A stretch of 64,000 nt of DNA from Harriotta raleighana (Eukaryota). A program made the position numbers and the translations under genes. Below, in pieces: positions 1-14,300 of this stretch. The stretch's first letter is position 1, and each line of letters opens with the position of its first letter. The stretch lies in contig JBNZDD010013726.1 in NCBI GenBank assembly GCA_050575255.1, forward strand, positions 3,547,245 through 3,611,244. The letters are read 5' to 3'. Under the pieces are notes generated by a model. That model saw nothing but the letters and a program-made list of their open reading frames with translations. It was not told where the DNA came from and searched no databases.

Positions 1-741
1 CTTCGACTAAATTGGCATGCTGCTTGGCAGGTGGGCTGAAACCTGTTGTAATCCATTCATTTAGTTGGGAACCACATAGTGCAAATTGGGATAGTACCAT
101 GGAAAGTATGTTTTTCACAATCAACTTTGCAAGTATTATATATAATAAAAATGTCAAGGACCAATTTATTTAACCAATCAATACAATGAACCAAACTGTA
201 ATAGATAAAATTCAAAGACCATTAATTTAGTAGAAAAGCTGAATGTGTTCAAAAAAGCAAAAATAAATTTCCCCGCAAATGTTCCTGCTTTATAGTGTGC
301 AACAAGAATAATTTGGCACAGGAACCAAGTGCTCCAATAGACGATGGAGAATTACAGCAGCAAGGGGTCGACTCAATTTAGTGGATTACATTGTTATAGA
401 ATATCTCAACATATAAATCTAAAAAAACGCTTTTTTCCTCTGATCTTCAAAATGCATTTTGAATTGAAATAGAAAAGCTTTGGGCCATCAACAAAATAGG
501 TTTCTGACTTCCTACAATCATTCCAAAAGGCATCTTACATTGATCGNTAGTGGATTACATTGTTATAGAATATCTCAACATATAAATCTAAAAAAACGCT
601 TTTTTCCTCTGATCTTCAAAATGCATTTTGAATTGAAATAGGTTTCAATTTGAAATAGGTCAACAAAATAGGTTTCTGACTTCCTACAATCATTCCAAAA
701 GGCATCTTACATTGATCGATCATTTTAAATGTTTCACTTAC

Positions 742-837
742 TGTAAGATTCATGAAACTTAAAAACTTCTTCAACATCTCAGTCATAATGGAAAAATCTC
801 CTTCAGGTAAATGTTCCCTCACAGTAGTGACATTCAT
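742..837 (-). CDS. WAPL: WAPL exon 18 (penultimate)
   Basis: [32 protein letters not shown]; TTTTAG acceptor, GTAAGT donor; 96 nt; no stop codon yet. Confidence 0.96.
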
Positions 838-3800
838 CTAAAAGAGAAGTTAAAATTATTTAAATGAATTGCTATTATCACGGATAAAAGTGCCAGCAAT
901 GATCCAACTCAAGAAAGGAGTGAATCATTACCGAAAATATTTCCATTGACTTTCATGCCATACTCCTCCATTCAGAATGATATAAATTACTTTACAAAGC
1001 AAAAGTAGTATGGAGCAATACGTTGTCTAAAATAGGTTTAGAAAAGTTACTCTGCACTAAGATTAAAAAAAAACAATTACATTTACATAGTGAATTTCAC
1101 ATTGGGAGGACATCTCAAATCCTGCACACAGCCATCAGGCAGTTTTAAAGTGCAGTCAAAAAGTTTGGCCTTAATACAGGTTTTGAAAGCAAGAAGGGGA
1201 GTGCCAAGAAGAGGGGTTCTGAAATTGAGATCCAGAGAGTGCAGGCAGAATGGCTAAAAGCTTCCTCATCAATGGAGGATTGGATGGGGGCTATAAAGAG
1301 GCTGCTTTAACCTAGGCTGCCCGATTACACCAGTCCTCACCAGACTTCATTGGATCCCTGTCACTGAGTGGATCGACTTCAAGATCTTCACCTTTGAATT
1401 GAAATTTCTCCACTCAGCTGCACCCCATACCTCTCTAACCCACCTCTCTCCTCATAGCATTACTCGCTGCATCCACTCTACTGGGTCTGGCCTCCTCGTC
1501 CCCCGAATCCTCTGCTCCACCATCTGTCGCCATGCCTCCAGCCACTACGCTCGGAAACTCTGGAACTCCCTCCCTCAATCCCTTCAGGTCGTACCTAAAG
1601 ATCTTTTTGTTCGATCACACCTTCAGTCACATTCCCCCTGGGCCTCACTATTGTGAAGGGCTCTGAGATGCCATCTGGTGTGGAGGGCGCTATAAATGCA
1701 AGTTGTTGCTGTTTCTGAGTAGAGGCAGTAGGATTACAGAGGTGGGTTGGGAAGGAAATGGAGGGATTTGAATCAGAGGACATGAAGTTTGAATTTGAAC
1801 AGCAGAGAGATAAAATAATTTAGGAACATCATTCAAAACAGTGCAATGCCATGATAAGTTATGACATGCGTTTGCTTCTAATGCGGGAGTCCTGTGGACC
1901 TGGGGCTGGCTTCCTGAGTTCTAAAAAAAAGCCGAGTCCTAATTAACAACAAGGCAGTCTGTCAGGTCAGCAGTGGTTCTGGAGTTGACGCAGAAAGATG
2001 AAAGTTGGGCATCATCCACATACACATGGAAGTTGACCCCATGTTTGCGGATGATGTGGCCAAGGGGGAGCAGGTAGATATTAAGAAGTAGGGGGCCAAA
2101 GAGAGAGCCCTGGGGGATGCCACAGGTGACAGTGCAGGGGCTAGAAGAGAAGCCGGTGGTGGCAACAAAGCAGACAGTCAGAAAGTTAGGAGTTGAACCA
2201 AGCAAGGGCGGATCCGTAAAAATTGAGCTGGGAGCAGAGGCTGTATGGGAGGATGGAGTAGTTGACAGTGTCGAAGGTAGCAGAGAGGTCAAGGAGGCAG
2301 AGAGAGCACTGATCACGTCCTCCTAAACTGAGAGGCGCTCTATAAATGTAATTTTGTTGTTGTTGTTCACAGGTGTTTAAAATGTCATTAGAGGCTTTGA
2401 CCAGGGCTGTCTCCGTGGTCAACCGCTGGATTATAGCAGTTCGAAGAGACTGACGAGAAAAAAAGGAGCGAAGCAACGGCTCATTCCAGAGTCTTAGAGA
2501 GGAATGGGAGGTTGGAGATGGAGTGGTAACGAGAGAGTAGGGGTGGGTCCAGGGAAGGTGATGGTTATTTTTAGATTCAGCACACATGTGTAGCAAGCAG
2601 GAAGCAATGTCAGCGGATCCCATATAACTTGAAAGTCAATCATGTTTTAATGCGGGAAATTGGCCTGCTTTCTTTGAAATGTGCAATAAAATCACTATCA
2701 GCTGATCTTGTCCTGTTACAAGGCTGATTGGGATGTTAATAATGTAAAACTAGTGCATTATAACAGAGTTCTACTGTTTTCCTTTGATTCAAACTCCAGT
2801 TCTGAGAAATAAGACTTTATGTCTACAGTTTATTAATCACAGGGCAGACTCTAACCACCATGCAGATACTCACTGGACTCTCTTGGCAGAGGCAGCCCAA
2901 AAGCAGTGCAGTGTAGGAGGCCACGATGCAGTCCTCCATGTGCTTCCCAGCGTGCTGCAGGGCTGTTAAGAGGTTACAAATTAGAATAATTCTTTCCAAA
3001 ATTAGACCTGATGTGAAAGTTAAAGAATGAAAAACATAAAAACGAAAAGGATTGTTTTTTCCTCATTCTCAGAAACACAAATAATCTTTAAAAGCGAGAA
3101 TTCACGATAGTCACTTAGCATATTAAAATAGTAAGTTAGATTCCAATCTACACATAGATGTCCACCCTCAATTTTCTTAAAATAATGAATGGAGTGGATC
3201 CTTGTCATGGCCCATAATAGGGGTCTTGGGTTCTGAGTGAGGTTGTCTGGGGCAAGTGCTCATTGTGAAGGAGAAATTAAGGAGAAAAAAAAAACTTAAC
3301 ATTTCTAAAATTCCCAAAGGTAGTTGTTAATGTAAACTTAAAGAAATGGTTAACCTATAGAGACAGAAGTTTCCATAGATCAGTTGATAGATTAACACTG
3401 AAGATATGGCTTTACTCACACTCAAAGTGCCCTTTTAATACCTTTATTTAGATCAATCTCTTCATCCTCCTCCTCCTTCTTTTCATTTTCACCCTCAGTC
3501 TTGGTGACGTTTTCTGACTGCACCCATTCCAGTGACCCAGCAGTCTCCTGCCATTGACCACTTTGGTCCTGAGGCGGTACCGGTGTGTCTTTAATAAAAT
3601 CATCAGTCTCTGTCTCTGCTAACCGGGCTGCTCGTTCCCGCTGAAGAAACAACTGAAGAACACAAAAGAATCCAATTTTTTCCCCACTGCGTTTGAAAAT
3701 CATATACAGTAAAACCTTGATCATCCGTGACCCGATCAACCGTGAACCGATTCAATTGCTCGACCCCCTCCCGGGGCAATTCCCCATTCCAGAATCGCGA

Positions 3801-6800
3801 GTTTGCTCACTTTGCGCATGCACACTTATTAAACTTACGCACTTGGATTTTTTACCGATTGGTAAAAAATACTGTTTTACTGATTTTTCCCGACTGTGCT
3901 GGAATGCTTTATTGGTAAGTATCCACACAATATTCTGTTACTATGTAGTCGATTATTAACATGGTATGTTTTAAAATAAGTTAATTTTTTTCTGTTGGGT
4001 TTTCGGCAACTTGTCCCCCGTTTATCCGGCACAGTCAATTAGTCGAACCCCCGAGGGTGCTGGATAAATGAGGTTTTACTGTAAAACTTACACAAGTGTG
4101 CTCATTGCAACCATTTTACATAAGGGAGGGGAATTTATGCCAGAATGTTCATATGCTCGGGTGAAGCAATATTTGTTACCTCACCTTTCCTCAGATGTTA
4201 AAATACTGACACATGCTGCATGAAGCATGACTGATGCACCTTTGCTCTAATATGGGAGACTGAAATTTGCCAGAAGAATATGCTTAGGGTTATGATTACT
4301 TGGCTTGGGAGATTTTGCAGGAGGAATGGAAATCTCTGTTTTCCCACTAATAATTGCACACTCTCAAATAGTCCACTTCAAAACTCTATACCAGACCTTT
4401 CGTGTCTCTGATCAATTGCACAATTGCAATTTCAGAATCCCTGATGTGCATTGGGAGAGATAAAAAAGTTTTTATAATAACAATCTTTTCATTTGATATG
4501 TCACCTTTTTGGACATTACTTCTAATCTGCTTGAACCAAGATGCTCTCATAATAAGAATTACGTCAAATTATTGTAATGTTGATAGAAATAATCTCATCA
4601 GTTAATTAAATTCTTACAGGAGATTCCTTTGGATCCTGGTATGGGTTTTTGATGAATCTTAACATTTGTACACAAGTGTATTCTACTGGAATTGAAGCCT
4701 TAAAATAATAATTGACACTCACCTGGACTAAAGCTTGAATGGCACCAACCTGCCCTTCCACATGCAAACTATCTTCTCCGTCGACAGCGCAAAATGAGTC
4801 AAAGGAGCCAGGTGTTTCCATGTCAACCAAGCAATGCCTATTGCGAGCACTGTGTTCCACCAGATTAATCAGAAGGCCCAGACCCTTCAAAACAATGGAA
4901 AATATGATCAGTCTTTAGGAAACCCTTCAGGGAATTTTAGCCTGAATACAAAATACAGTTGGCTCATGCATTCCAATTTGTTAGACAAATGCATAGCTCT
5001 GGAAAAATAGAGGGGAGAAAAAAATCAATTTCCACCGCTTCCATTACAGCCATTTCAACTACCAAGGTCCCACAAATATCCATGCACATTTTATTAATCT
5101 AGTGGATTATTTTCCAGGATAGCAGGATAAACAATGATATTATGGGATCTTTAATGTTTACCTAACAACAACAAAATTACATTTGTAAAACGTAAATCGG
5201 GTCAGGAGGATGTCCCAACGTCTTAGCTTTTATGTTTTATCCAAAATTCAGTACCTCTGTTAACCGAGTGCTGCCTCAGTAATTAGGCAAATGCTCATGT
5301 GGAGGTTGCACTCACAACCCTCAATCAGAGATGGGAGTGCTACCATGAGTCTTGCTAACGTAACTCACACAAGATTTTTGACAAGACTCCATTGATGCTG
5401 GAAATTCCTGTCGCAACGCTGTGAGGTAAACCAGTTTCATAGAACAGTGTACGTTTCTGCTTTGTATACTCCAAGTTGTATTTGTTGATGTTAAGACAAA
5501 GTTCTATTGTTCTTCGCTCGTTAAGTTTTGTGAATTGATCCTTTTATACTTTATGAATAGTTCTAATGCACTTTTAAACAGATAATTAGGCACATTAGGG
5601 ATCAATTGGAAAATAAATGAAATGAAGAATAATGCTTCATCAACTTAAAAAATGCCTTTAGTGTGTTATAAAAGTAAAAAAAAAAAAAATGAATTGGCTG
5701 CAGTGCAACAACAAATTTATATTTACATAGAGGCTTTCATGTCATGAGGAAAGTAAAATTGATAGAAAGTACATAATTTAAAAAAAACTATTCAGCATTG
5801 CCTGTACAGTTTGGGATTTCTTACCAGCACTCGAATATCAAATCTTTGTTCCTGAGGTATGTATCGTGGCACTTGAAGCACGCAGTTCATTGTTGTACTG
5901 ATTAGAGATTCCTGTTCACCAGTCTTTGTGCTGCCCCATTCTGAAAGAAAATAGGTAATGAAACCATCAGCAACGCAATTAGTTACAATAGCATACCTAC
6001 CATAATGTTCCACGAAAAAATAGAATTTATTCCTTGATTAAAGTCATATAACGAATCAGACACTTATCCAAAATTATTATCTGACATGAATAAAACCCCA
6101 AATTGCACCACCAGAAGCGACGCAATACAACTTCTTATTTGAGATCGCTAAATGGAGAGGCTGGAGTTTATTGTTGGCTGGTGCCAAACAAGTAAGAAGT
6201 ACAAGTAAGAAAGGTGCAGCCCTATTGAAACTGACCCCCATGTAGTGCCCTTATTAGTATTCAGTCCTCACTGGTTAAAGCAGGCATTAAAGACAGTAGA
6301 GTGCCTCTGTCCACTAAGAGATACTGTTGCAGAAAACAAAAGAAAACATCACAGTACTGGAACTCTTCGGTGTTGGTCATCCCGTTATCCATTATTTCGA
6401 TTATACGTTGTTGATGAAATAATCACGAAGTGTGGTAATTTTCCAACAACCATTGTAAAGTTTAGAAAAACATTGGAAAGATTTTTTAAAACTGCCATCC
6501 ACCTCTTCATCTGAATGACTCCGTCCCTTCATCTGAATGACTCCGCCCCGCCACTCACCGTTGCCCACTACCGCATCAACCATCTCCAATAAATTTTCTC
6601 GTTGTTGTATTATTATGTAATTGATATATTGGTACTTATTAAATATTTATTTCAATTCTCAATAGTAGTAGAGTTGTTTTCGCTCTTTATTTAATATTTG
6701 TGGAAGAATATTTAGACAAGAAACGTAATGGGGAAAGTAACCCCTATTTTATATCATTACGCCCATGGTAATTTGGGTTTCATTATCAGTCGTTTCAGTT

Positions 6801-8337
6801 AAAATCACATTTTTCAAGAACACATCCCCAATGTTAATTGAGGAGTTGGTGTATTACAGGCTGCTTGACATGAGCTCCATAGATATGTTCTTTCAATGCT
6901 ATGGCACGTATATCAAGGTTAAAGATACTTTATTTTCCTTGGATGGTGAGACAGATAATGTAAGGCATTTTCTGCTGTGTTTAGGAATATGAAGGTAAGA
7001 ACAATATGAGCTTTTAAAAACCCAACTTGGTTGACAGTTACATCCTGATACCACTATATATTCAACATCAGATTTGTAACACAGATATGTGAGAATAAGC
7101 AACTAAATCAGAAATATTAATATATTAATGCCAATTCAAACAGATTACTGGACAATTTAACAAATTTTATTATTAATAATTGTAATAGTTAAATAGTGAT
7201 ATTATCAGTGTAATACCAGCATATGCAAGACTTTTTTTTTTACAGCCACAAAATAAGCCTTACAATCCTCTCCACCTACCCTACCCACCACCACCACCAC
7301 CAGTCCATAGTTAAAACAAACTCTGGAATATATTTTTGATACAGTATATCAAATATTCTGAGAGAGATAAGCCGAGTGTATTAATCAAGAACTGCAAATA
7401 TCAAACAAGAAAAAAATCTACATTATTTCAATGCAAATGTTATTTTTAAATAAATGATATTTACTACCACTGGGAGAATCTGTATCTTTCAGTCCATTAT
7501 ACAAGTTGCCACTAATAAGGTTTTCTTCAGAATGGTTGACCTGCTGAAGTAGAGTATGCATCTCTATGAGTTTTCATTAAAAATTACATTAATAATTGAA
7601 GACCTACCACTGGAAAAACAGCAGCACTGTGGCATTATGTTTTAGATTTACTTTCTCATTGGCATATTAACAATTCTGAAGCAGGGTACAATTTCTCTCC
7701 CTTGTAAGAATGCTTTAGAAAAAAAATTCTAAAACCCAAACAGGAGCATACATCTATTTTTCTGCAATGTATTGTACTTTACCGTTCTACACACTTGTTT
7801 ACTTCTTCATTAATATTTCATAAGCTTGTAATACAGTGCAACAGGATGTGGGCTGCAAACTACAGACTACATTACATTCCAAAGTACAGGACCATTAAGT
7901 ATTGCTGCTTAACAGTTCCAAGATACTTCAACCAAGAGGGTAGGGTTCAACATCTAGCAATAACTTACCATTGTCATTAGTCAAGTTGAGCAAGACCCCA
8001 AAGATTGCTCTCATGCAGTCCTCTACTGCTTTGCCTATATGGTTGGAGGCAGTGATCTTTGGGAGACAATTGCTGTTTGCTTTGCAAAATGTATCTGCTC
8101 GGTTATATCTTGTGATCAACTGTTCACAATGCCGCAATGCTCTGTGTAGAAAACAGATAAAATGTACATCAGGAAAGGAGCTGAAGGAGGAATTCTAGAA
8201 GTTTTGTGCATGCAGTTTTTAAATGCTGCAAAAGCAAATCATGCTGAATTCCAAATTATATATTGCATTTCACAAAGGAAAATGTCTAAAAAAAAATTCA
8301 CAGTGATAAAATGCGAGCCTGAGCAGGTTGGACAACT

Positions 8338-8372
<35 letters not shown>

Positions 8373-11300
8373 GCGGTGGGGGGGAGGGAGAAGTACCCGA
8401 TGGTGCAACAGTGAGAAATAGGTTTATAAAAGCTCTCTGAATGGAAGAAATGAAAGTGCAAAGCATTTTCATAAGATTTTTTAGGCTGTTTCACACGACT
8501 GCCTTTCACAGAATACAGTGGAATTGAGATGCAGTAGCTTCAAATGAACTGTTTTCTGTATCAAAGCCAATCAGTAAACAGCATGTATTCAAATTAGTTC
8601 TGTATGAATTGTAAATTACTGAAAACTGGAAAGAGCAACTCAACTACTACATCGGCTGAATGTTAGTCTAACTCTTTTGATAGCTGGCTGGACAGCAGAT
8701 GGCAACAATATCTTTGTTTGCAAGTTTTAAACCAAGAAACATTTTCACTTTCTGAAACATTTAGATCATTTAGGGGAAACATTTTCAACAATAGAGCCTT
8801 GGGCACATGATGCCAAACAATATCCTTAAATGATTGTTCAATGCTCACGACAAGAATAATGCATGAAACTACAAGACAAGTATGAAATTCATGCGACATT
8901 ATGTCAATCACACAATGTCGACAATTAAGATAATCCCCGTATATTTTACTCACAAGTGGAAAAATCAACAGTAATCGGCAGTATTCAAGATACATGGAGA
9001 CTAAAACAATATTCAGCAATGAAGGCCATACAATATTGGCTGATGTTTGCAATTGTACTTTACAAGCAACTTATAAAGTCATAAACTGGAATATAAATGA
9101 AGCATTAGTACGATGATTTATACAGAGATTAGAAAAATCAATAGTTTGGGCTAAAACATCATCTCCCACATGGATAAACTACAACTTTTCATCTTGAACT
9201 AGGATTACTTTCATTTAACACTGGAGAATGAGACATGTAAGCATTCAGTTTCTACACAGTGGTTCATGAGGTGTTGTAATTTAATTCCTTCAGGACCATC
9301 TAGATGGAGTAAAATAACTAAGAATTCTACCAATCTCCAAAATATGATTTTTTTCACAGGATAAGGCAGACTTACCCACAGGGCATTATACTGTATGCCC
9401 TGAATTAGATCCCTTAACAGTACTGAAAACAACTTGAATAAATACCCAACTCAGTGAAATGAGAATCTTTGTATTTGCAGAGATGTGGATGATCTGCAGC
9501 CTATGGAGGGTGGAGTTGGGGAGACTGACAAGCAGGGCATTTGCGTAATCGAGCCTGGATATTATGAATGCATGTACAGTAAAACCTCGTTATCCGTGAC
9601 TTGAATAATCGGAAAATCTTTTCAACCCATTCAACCTCAAAAAAAAGGTCCCGATTTGGAAGTTATCCGATGACGCGTTTAATGTTGGGTCTAAACTCAT
9701 TCTGGGTCCTTTTAAAAGTCGCAGTTTTACCTCGTTCGCTTGGAGCATGGGCTCCAAAGTTGGGGGGGAAGGGGGTCTCTCTCTCTCTCTCTCCCCCAAT
9801 CTCTCACTCTCTCCCCCAATCACTTTCTCTCTCTCTCACACTCACTCTACCCCAATCACAGTCTCTCTCTCTTTCCCCCAATCACAGTCTCTCTCTCTCT
9901 GTCTCTCTCTCTTTCAATCACAGTCTCTCTCTCAGTCTCTCTCTCTGAGACTGAGATGGGGAAAAGCAAAATAGAGCAAGAGAGAGAGAGAGAGTGCTGC
10001 AAGCAAGTTGATACAGAGAGAGGGAAGGAGGGAGAGAGAGGAAAGGGAGAAGTGGGACNCTTTCCCCCACAGTCTCTCTCTCTCTGTCTCTCTCTCTTTC
10101 AATCACAGTCTCTCTCTCAGTCTCTCTCTCTGAGACTGAGATGGGGAAAAGCAAAATAGAGCAAGAGAGAGAGAGAGAGTGCTGCAAGCAAGTTGATACA
10201 GAGAGAGGGAAGGAGGGAGAGAGAGGAAAGGGAGAAGTGGGACAGAATTTATATGATGGATTCAGACTGAAAATCTTTGAAGGTGTGTGTGTATGCTGGC
10301 CGTTAGGTCTAAACTCGTTGCTTTTTAAAGTGGCGTTTTGTTTACCTCCATCGAATCAGTACTGCGATTGCGAAGTTGAGTATAAATAATAATGTACTAA
10401 TAGAATATTCTGTTATTATTTAGTCTATTATTAATATGGTATGTGTTAAAATAATTTTAATATCCGTTCAACCGGAAAAAACATTTAACCGCCACTAGCC
10501 AGGTGCCGTGGGTGCTGGATAAACAAGGTTTTACTTGGTGCCAGATAAACAAGGTATGAGGGTCTTGGCATGTGAGAGTGCCAGAACTTGGCAATGTTGT
10601 GAAGGTGGGGAAAGGCGGAAAGGGTTATGGAACCGATGTGGGGTATGATGCACAGTTCAGGATCAAACCTGGCAATCAAAATTACTTTGTTGAAATGTTA
10701 GTACTGTACAGAATTAGCAGTTACATTTGTATTATATTATTAAAACCTCCAATCACCTACTGCTACAAAATAGTTGATTCCCTAATGTTTGAATTCTTAA
10801 ATTGATTCCAATGCAGATTAACTGATATAGTTTGTTACAGAGTGGTACCCTCAAGCCCCCCCCCCCACGAAGAGGGAGAAAGCAAACAAGTAAAACTCGT
10901 GTTTCCCAGTTGTTGGTTGTAGAATGCTAACAGATGTCTGGAAGCAGGCTGTAAAATGAACTTTGGTATGAGCTGGTGTTCTGCATTTTAAGTGTGAATT
11001 GTGTTTTTTTTTAAATGAAGCTTTTGCTCCCCATCCAACACCCCCTCAACGTCCCGGTCAAGAAAATCTGACCTGAGAAAACCTGGCAAGAGACAAACAA
11101 AATGATAATATGGTAAACATGGTTTGATTCCACTTTCCATACACCTACTGCCAATGAGCCCAATTAGCCATTATTCTGTGAACATTGACAGCAAGCAGCT
11201 CAAGGCAGCAATTCAACCTTGGGCAACATCACAACCAAGCTTAATCTACCTGATTGCTAAACAGAGCAGAGATTGCTTGATAGCCATCAACATAAGAAAC

Positions 11301-14300
11301 TCTGGCCAAGTTCCTCACTTTAACCCAGAGGTTATGAAGCCAGTTGTAACATCACAATTGCTGACCTAGCTGAGCCCCAAAATATTCAATTGCCACTTGT
11401 TTTGTAAAAAAAAATCTCATGTTGGGTTAAAACTAGGCATACTCGTGGCTGGGATTTCAGAGTAAATGACCTTGATTAGAGGTCTGTTGAACAAGTAGTA
11501 TAAATTAAAAACTATGACGATACTGGGCAACATACTGTGTTTTATTTGTTTTTTTTGTCAAAAGTAAATTAAAGTTTTTGCAACCAAGAAGAAATTGCAA
11601 ATGTTCCAGACTTCCATGGGTCTTTTTTTTCCTCCCCATTACAGATCACAACTGCAACCTAGAAGTAATGAGTAAATTACTTGTTTCCAGATCATTAGAG
11701 CATACCCACTAAAGAGATGGATAACATAACAATGTAGTCTTGGAAACTATTCGCTTCTCAAGACAAATTTTAAAATTAATAGAATTAACCAATTTACTGC
11801 GGTTTGGCTACCTCCCTGACCTGTCACTTCCCTCCCTTTGTGAATGCAAATGGACACCAGCATTTCCCATTATGACTGCCAAGTGCAGGAAGGGTTCATG
11901 GTGTCAGATCTGTTTTAGCGTCTGTATTAGCTCTGCTCCGCATCTAATCAAATTAAGGGTAGAAGCACAGTTACAAACAGTAAAACATATTGTGTGTCAC
12001 ACAAAACAAACCAGGATCTTGCTCAATCCCTTGGGGCTTATTAAAAAGCAGATAATGAGACTGTATCAAGTCTTTATGATTCTTGCTCCCCTCTAGTATT
12101 TCTGCTTTCCTGCGGAGCTTCCTTCTTAAAACTATTTTTCATTAGACATGTTAAACTTCTCCGCAAGTCAACGTCAGTGTTTAACAGCAGATTATTTTCT
12201 TTTCCACTCCATATTCATGGAAATCTGCAACAACTTATACTTTTGCAGCGTGTACAAATGTCAGCAATACTTTTTTTTAAAAAATTTCAAAGGCAAAAAG
12301 TCTTACTTCATGAGATAAGCAGACAGGTAATTTGCCCTGTCAAGCCTGCTCTGCCATTTGGCATTACATTAGTTTTAATTCCATTTTCCACTCTATTCTT
12401 AATTTTCCCTTTATTTCCCCAAGTATCGTTGCTGTCTTTCAAGCACCTCAATTGATTTGATATTTCAAACCTCATGGAGTGCATCACATTTTTTTTCCCC
12501 ACACACTTTGTCGTGAATAAATATTGTTAAGTTTATGTATGAAACAATACCTTCAATTTCAGGGTTATGTCCTCGTGCTCTTGATTTGTCTATCATTGCC
12601 TTAATTAATGCCCCAAACTCTTCAATGCCCAGGAATATAACCTAAATTCATAATACCTCAGTAGAATTAAGTCCCTCCACCCCAGTTATATTTGTATCAC
12701 TCACTGGTCTCTGAAGAAACGAAAATGCTTCCTGAACAGAATACAATACTAAATGAAGTCTGGTTAATATTCGGTACAATTATTACAGTTACAATTACAG
12801 CAATACTTCTATGCTTTTTACATTCTTCATTTTGTGTAATGAATCCCCAAATTCCATTTTCCCTTTTGGTTGCCTTTTTTCAGATACAAACAGGCTTTTA
12901 ATGACTTGAGGAAATTGGATCCCTAAACCTCTTTTTCTGCTAACCCTTTTACCCCATGCTATCTCATTTTGGACGAAAATTCAGGATGCAGAATCCTTTT
13001 CAAGGGTTTAATCATGATATAAATTTGTTGGGATACACTCAGAACCAATAATACCATCAAGAAAGTGGGAAGGATTGCAGCCAATCATGACTTGGCATAC
13101 AAAAATGAGCTTTGTCACTGTATATTATCATCTTTACATGCTTATTAAAACGCTATCCATGCAATATGGTAATATTTGACATGCATTCCTTCATGGGGAT
13201 TAATCGGGCTGAATTACATAACAATGACGCAAGAGGGAAGGATTAGAAAGGCTGAAACACAGTTAGATGCGAGCAGGTGAGAGCTCTCAAGTAGACTCAA
13301 GCGTGTGGATACGTTAAGCAAGTGAGAAGCGAGAGGGCTAAGGGTTTGATCGTTGTCGAGTGAGTATAGAAACCCGGGAGAAGTGGCTGGAAGCGCACTC
13401 AAGGCCATTGAGTGGTAGGTAGCTAGAGGCAGGTGGCTAGAGGCAGGGCCAAGGTTGGGCTGGCTGACAGCTAGAGGGGGACAGGGTCTCAGTGATCGAG
13501 TCGCGGCCATTAGCACCGCCGAGCCTCTCTGTGATGTCACTTCCACCTGCCAGGTTCGAATCCCTGGCGCCAGATACGAATCCCTGATGCCAGGTATTAT
13601 ATAGCTCATTGTGTATCCTTCCTCTTTGTCTGTCTCTTTCCCCTCCTCTATACTTTCCCTGAAGGCTGCTCAGTGTTATCTTCCAGGTTGGACTACCAGA
13701 TGAATAATCACACTGAGTGCCCTGCCTCCTCTCCCAGGGAAATAGAGCGAGTAACGTTCTGGAGATGAAGGCCACACCACTGCCATGGCAGTTCGGGCGT
13801 GGGGTCTGATGGAAGATGTAGCTGGCATCCCTATACCTCTCCTTACCTCCCAGCTCCACTTCCTCGGCCCCCCTACTCTCTGACGCCATCAACCTACCAA
13901 GCTTTTCTTTCTAAGGTCCTTGAAAGAGTCGTTGCTTCCCAGCTTCGCTCTTTCCTTTCCTCCCACTCCCTCCAAAGCCCCTTCAGTTTCTGTGCTCACA
14001 GAATAAACAGTATTTTAATTAAGGTATTGTGGTGACAATCTAATTCCTTGCTCCAACATTCACAAGCTCCCTCGCCCACACAATACAAAGCATACCACAC
14101 TCCCTCGCCTGCACAAATCTTTCCATACCCATCACCCCAGTCATGTACAAGCTTCATGAGGTCCCCATCTTTGTATATATCAATTTCATGGTTCTAATCC
14201 TCATCATCTTCAAAAACTCTTCATGCCCTAGGATCTATGCAGCACTGTCATCTTCTCCGACCCCACTCTTGCTCTCCACCCAGCCAACAAGGGCCTGCTG

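Noticed and set aside
9870-10243. ~185-bp direct duplication
   Set aside because: Straddles the N at 10059; likely assembly artefact
13540-13595. Pol III B-box GGTTCGAATCC
   Set aside because: Part of a ~22-bp tandem duplication within a LINE-like fragment; no convincing A box or tRNA fold
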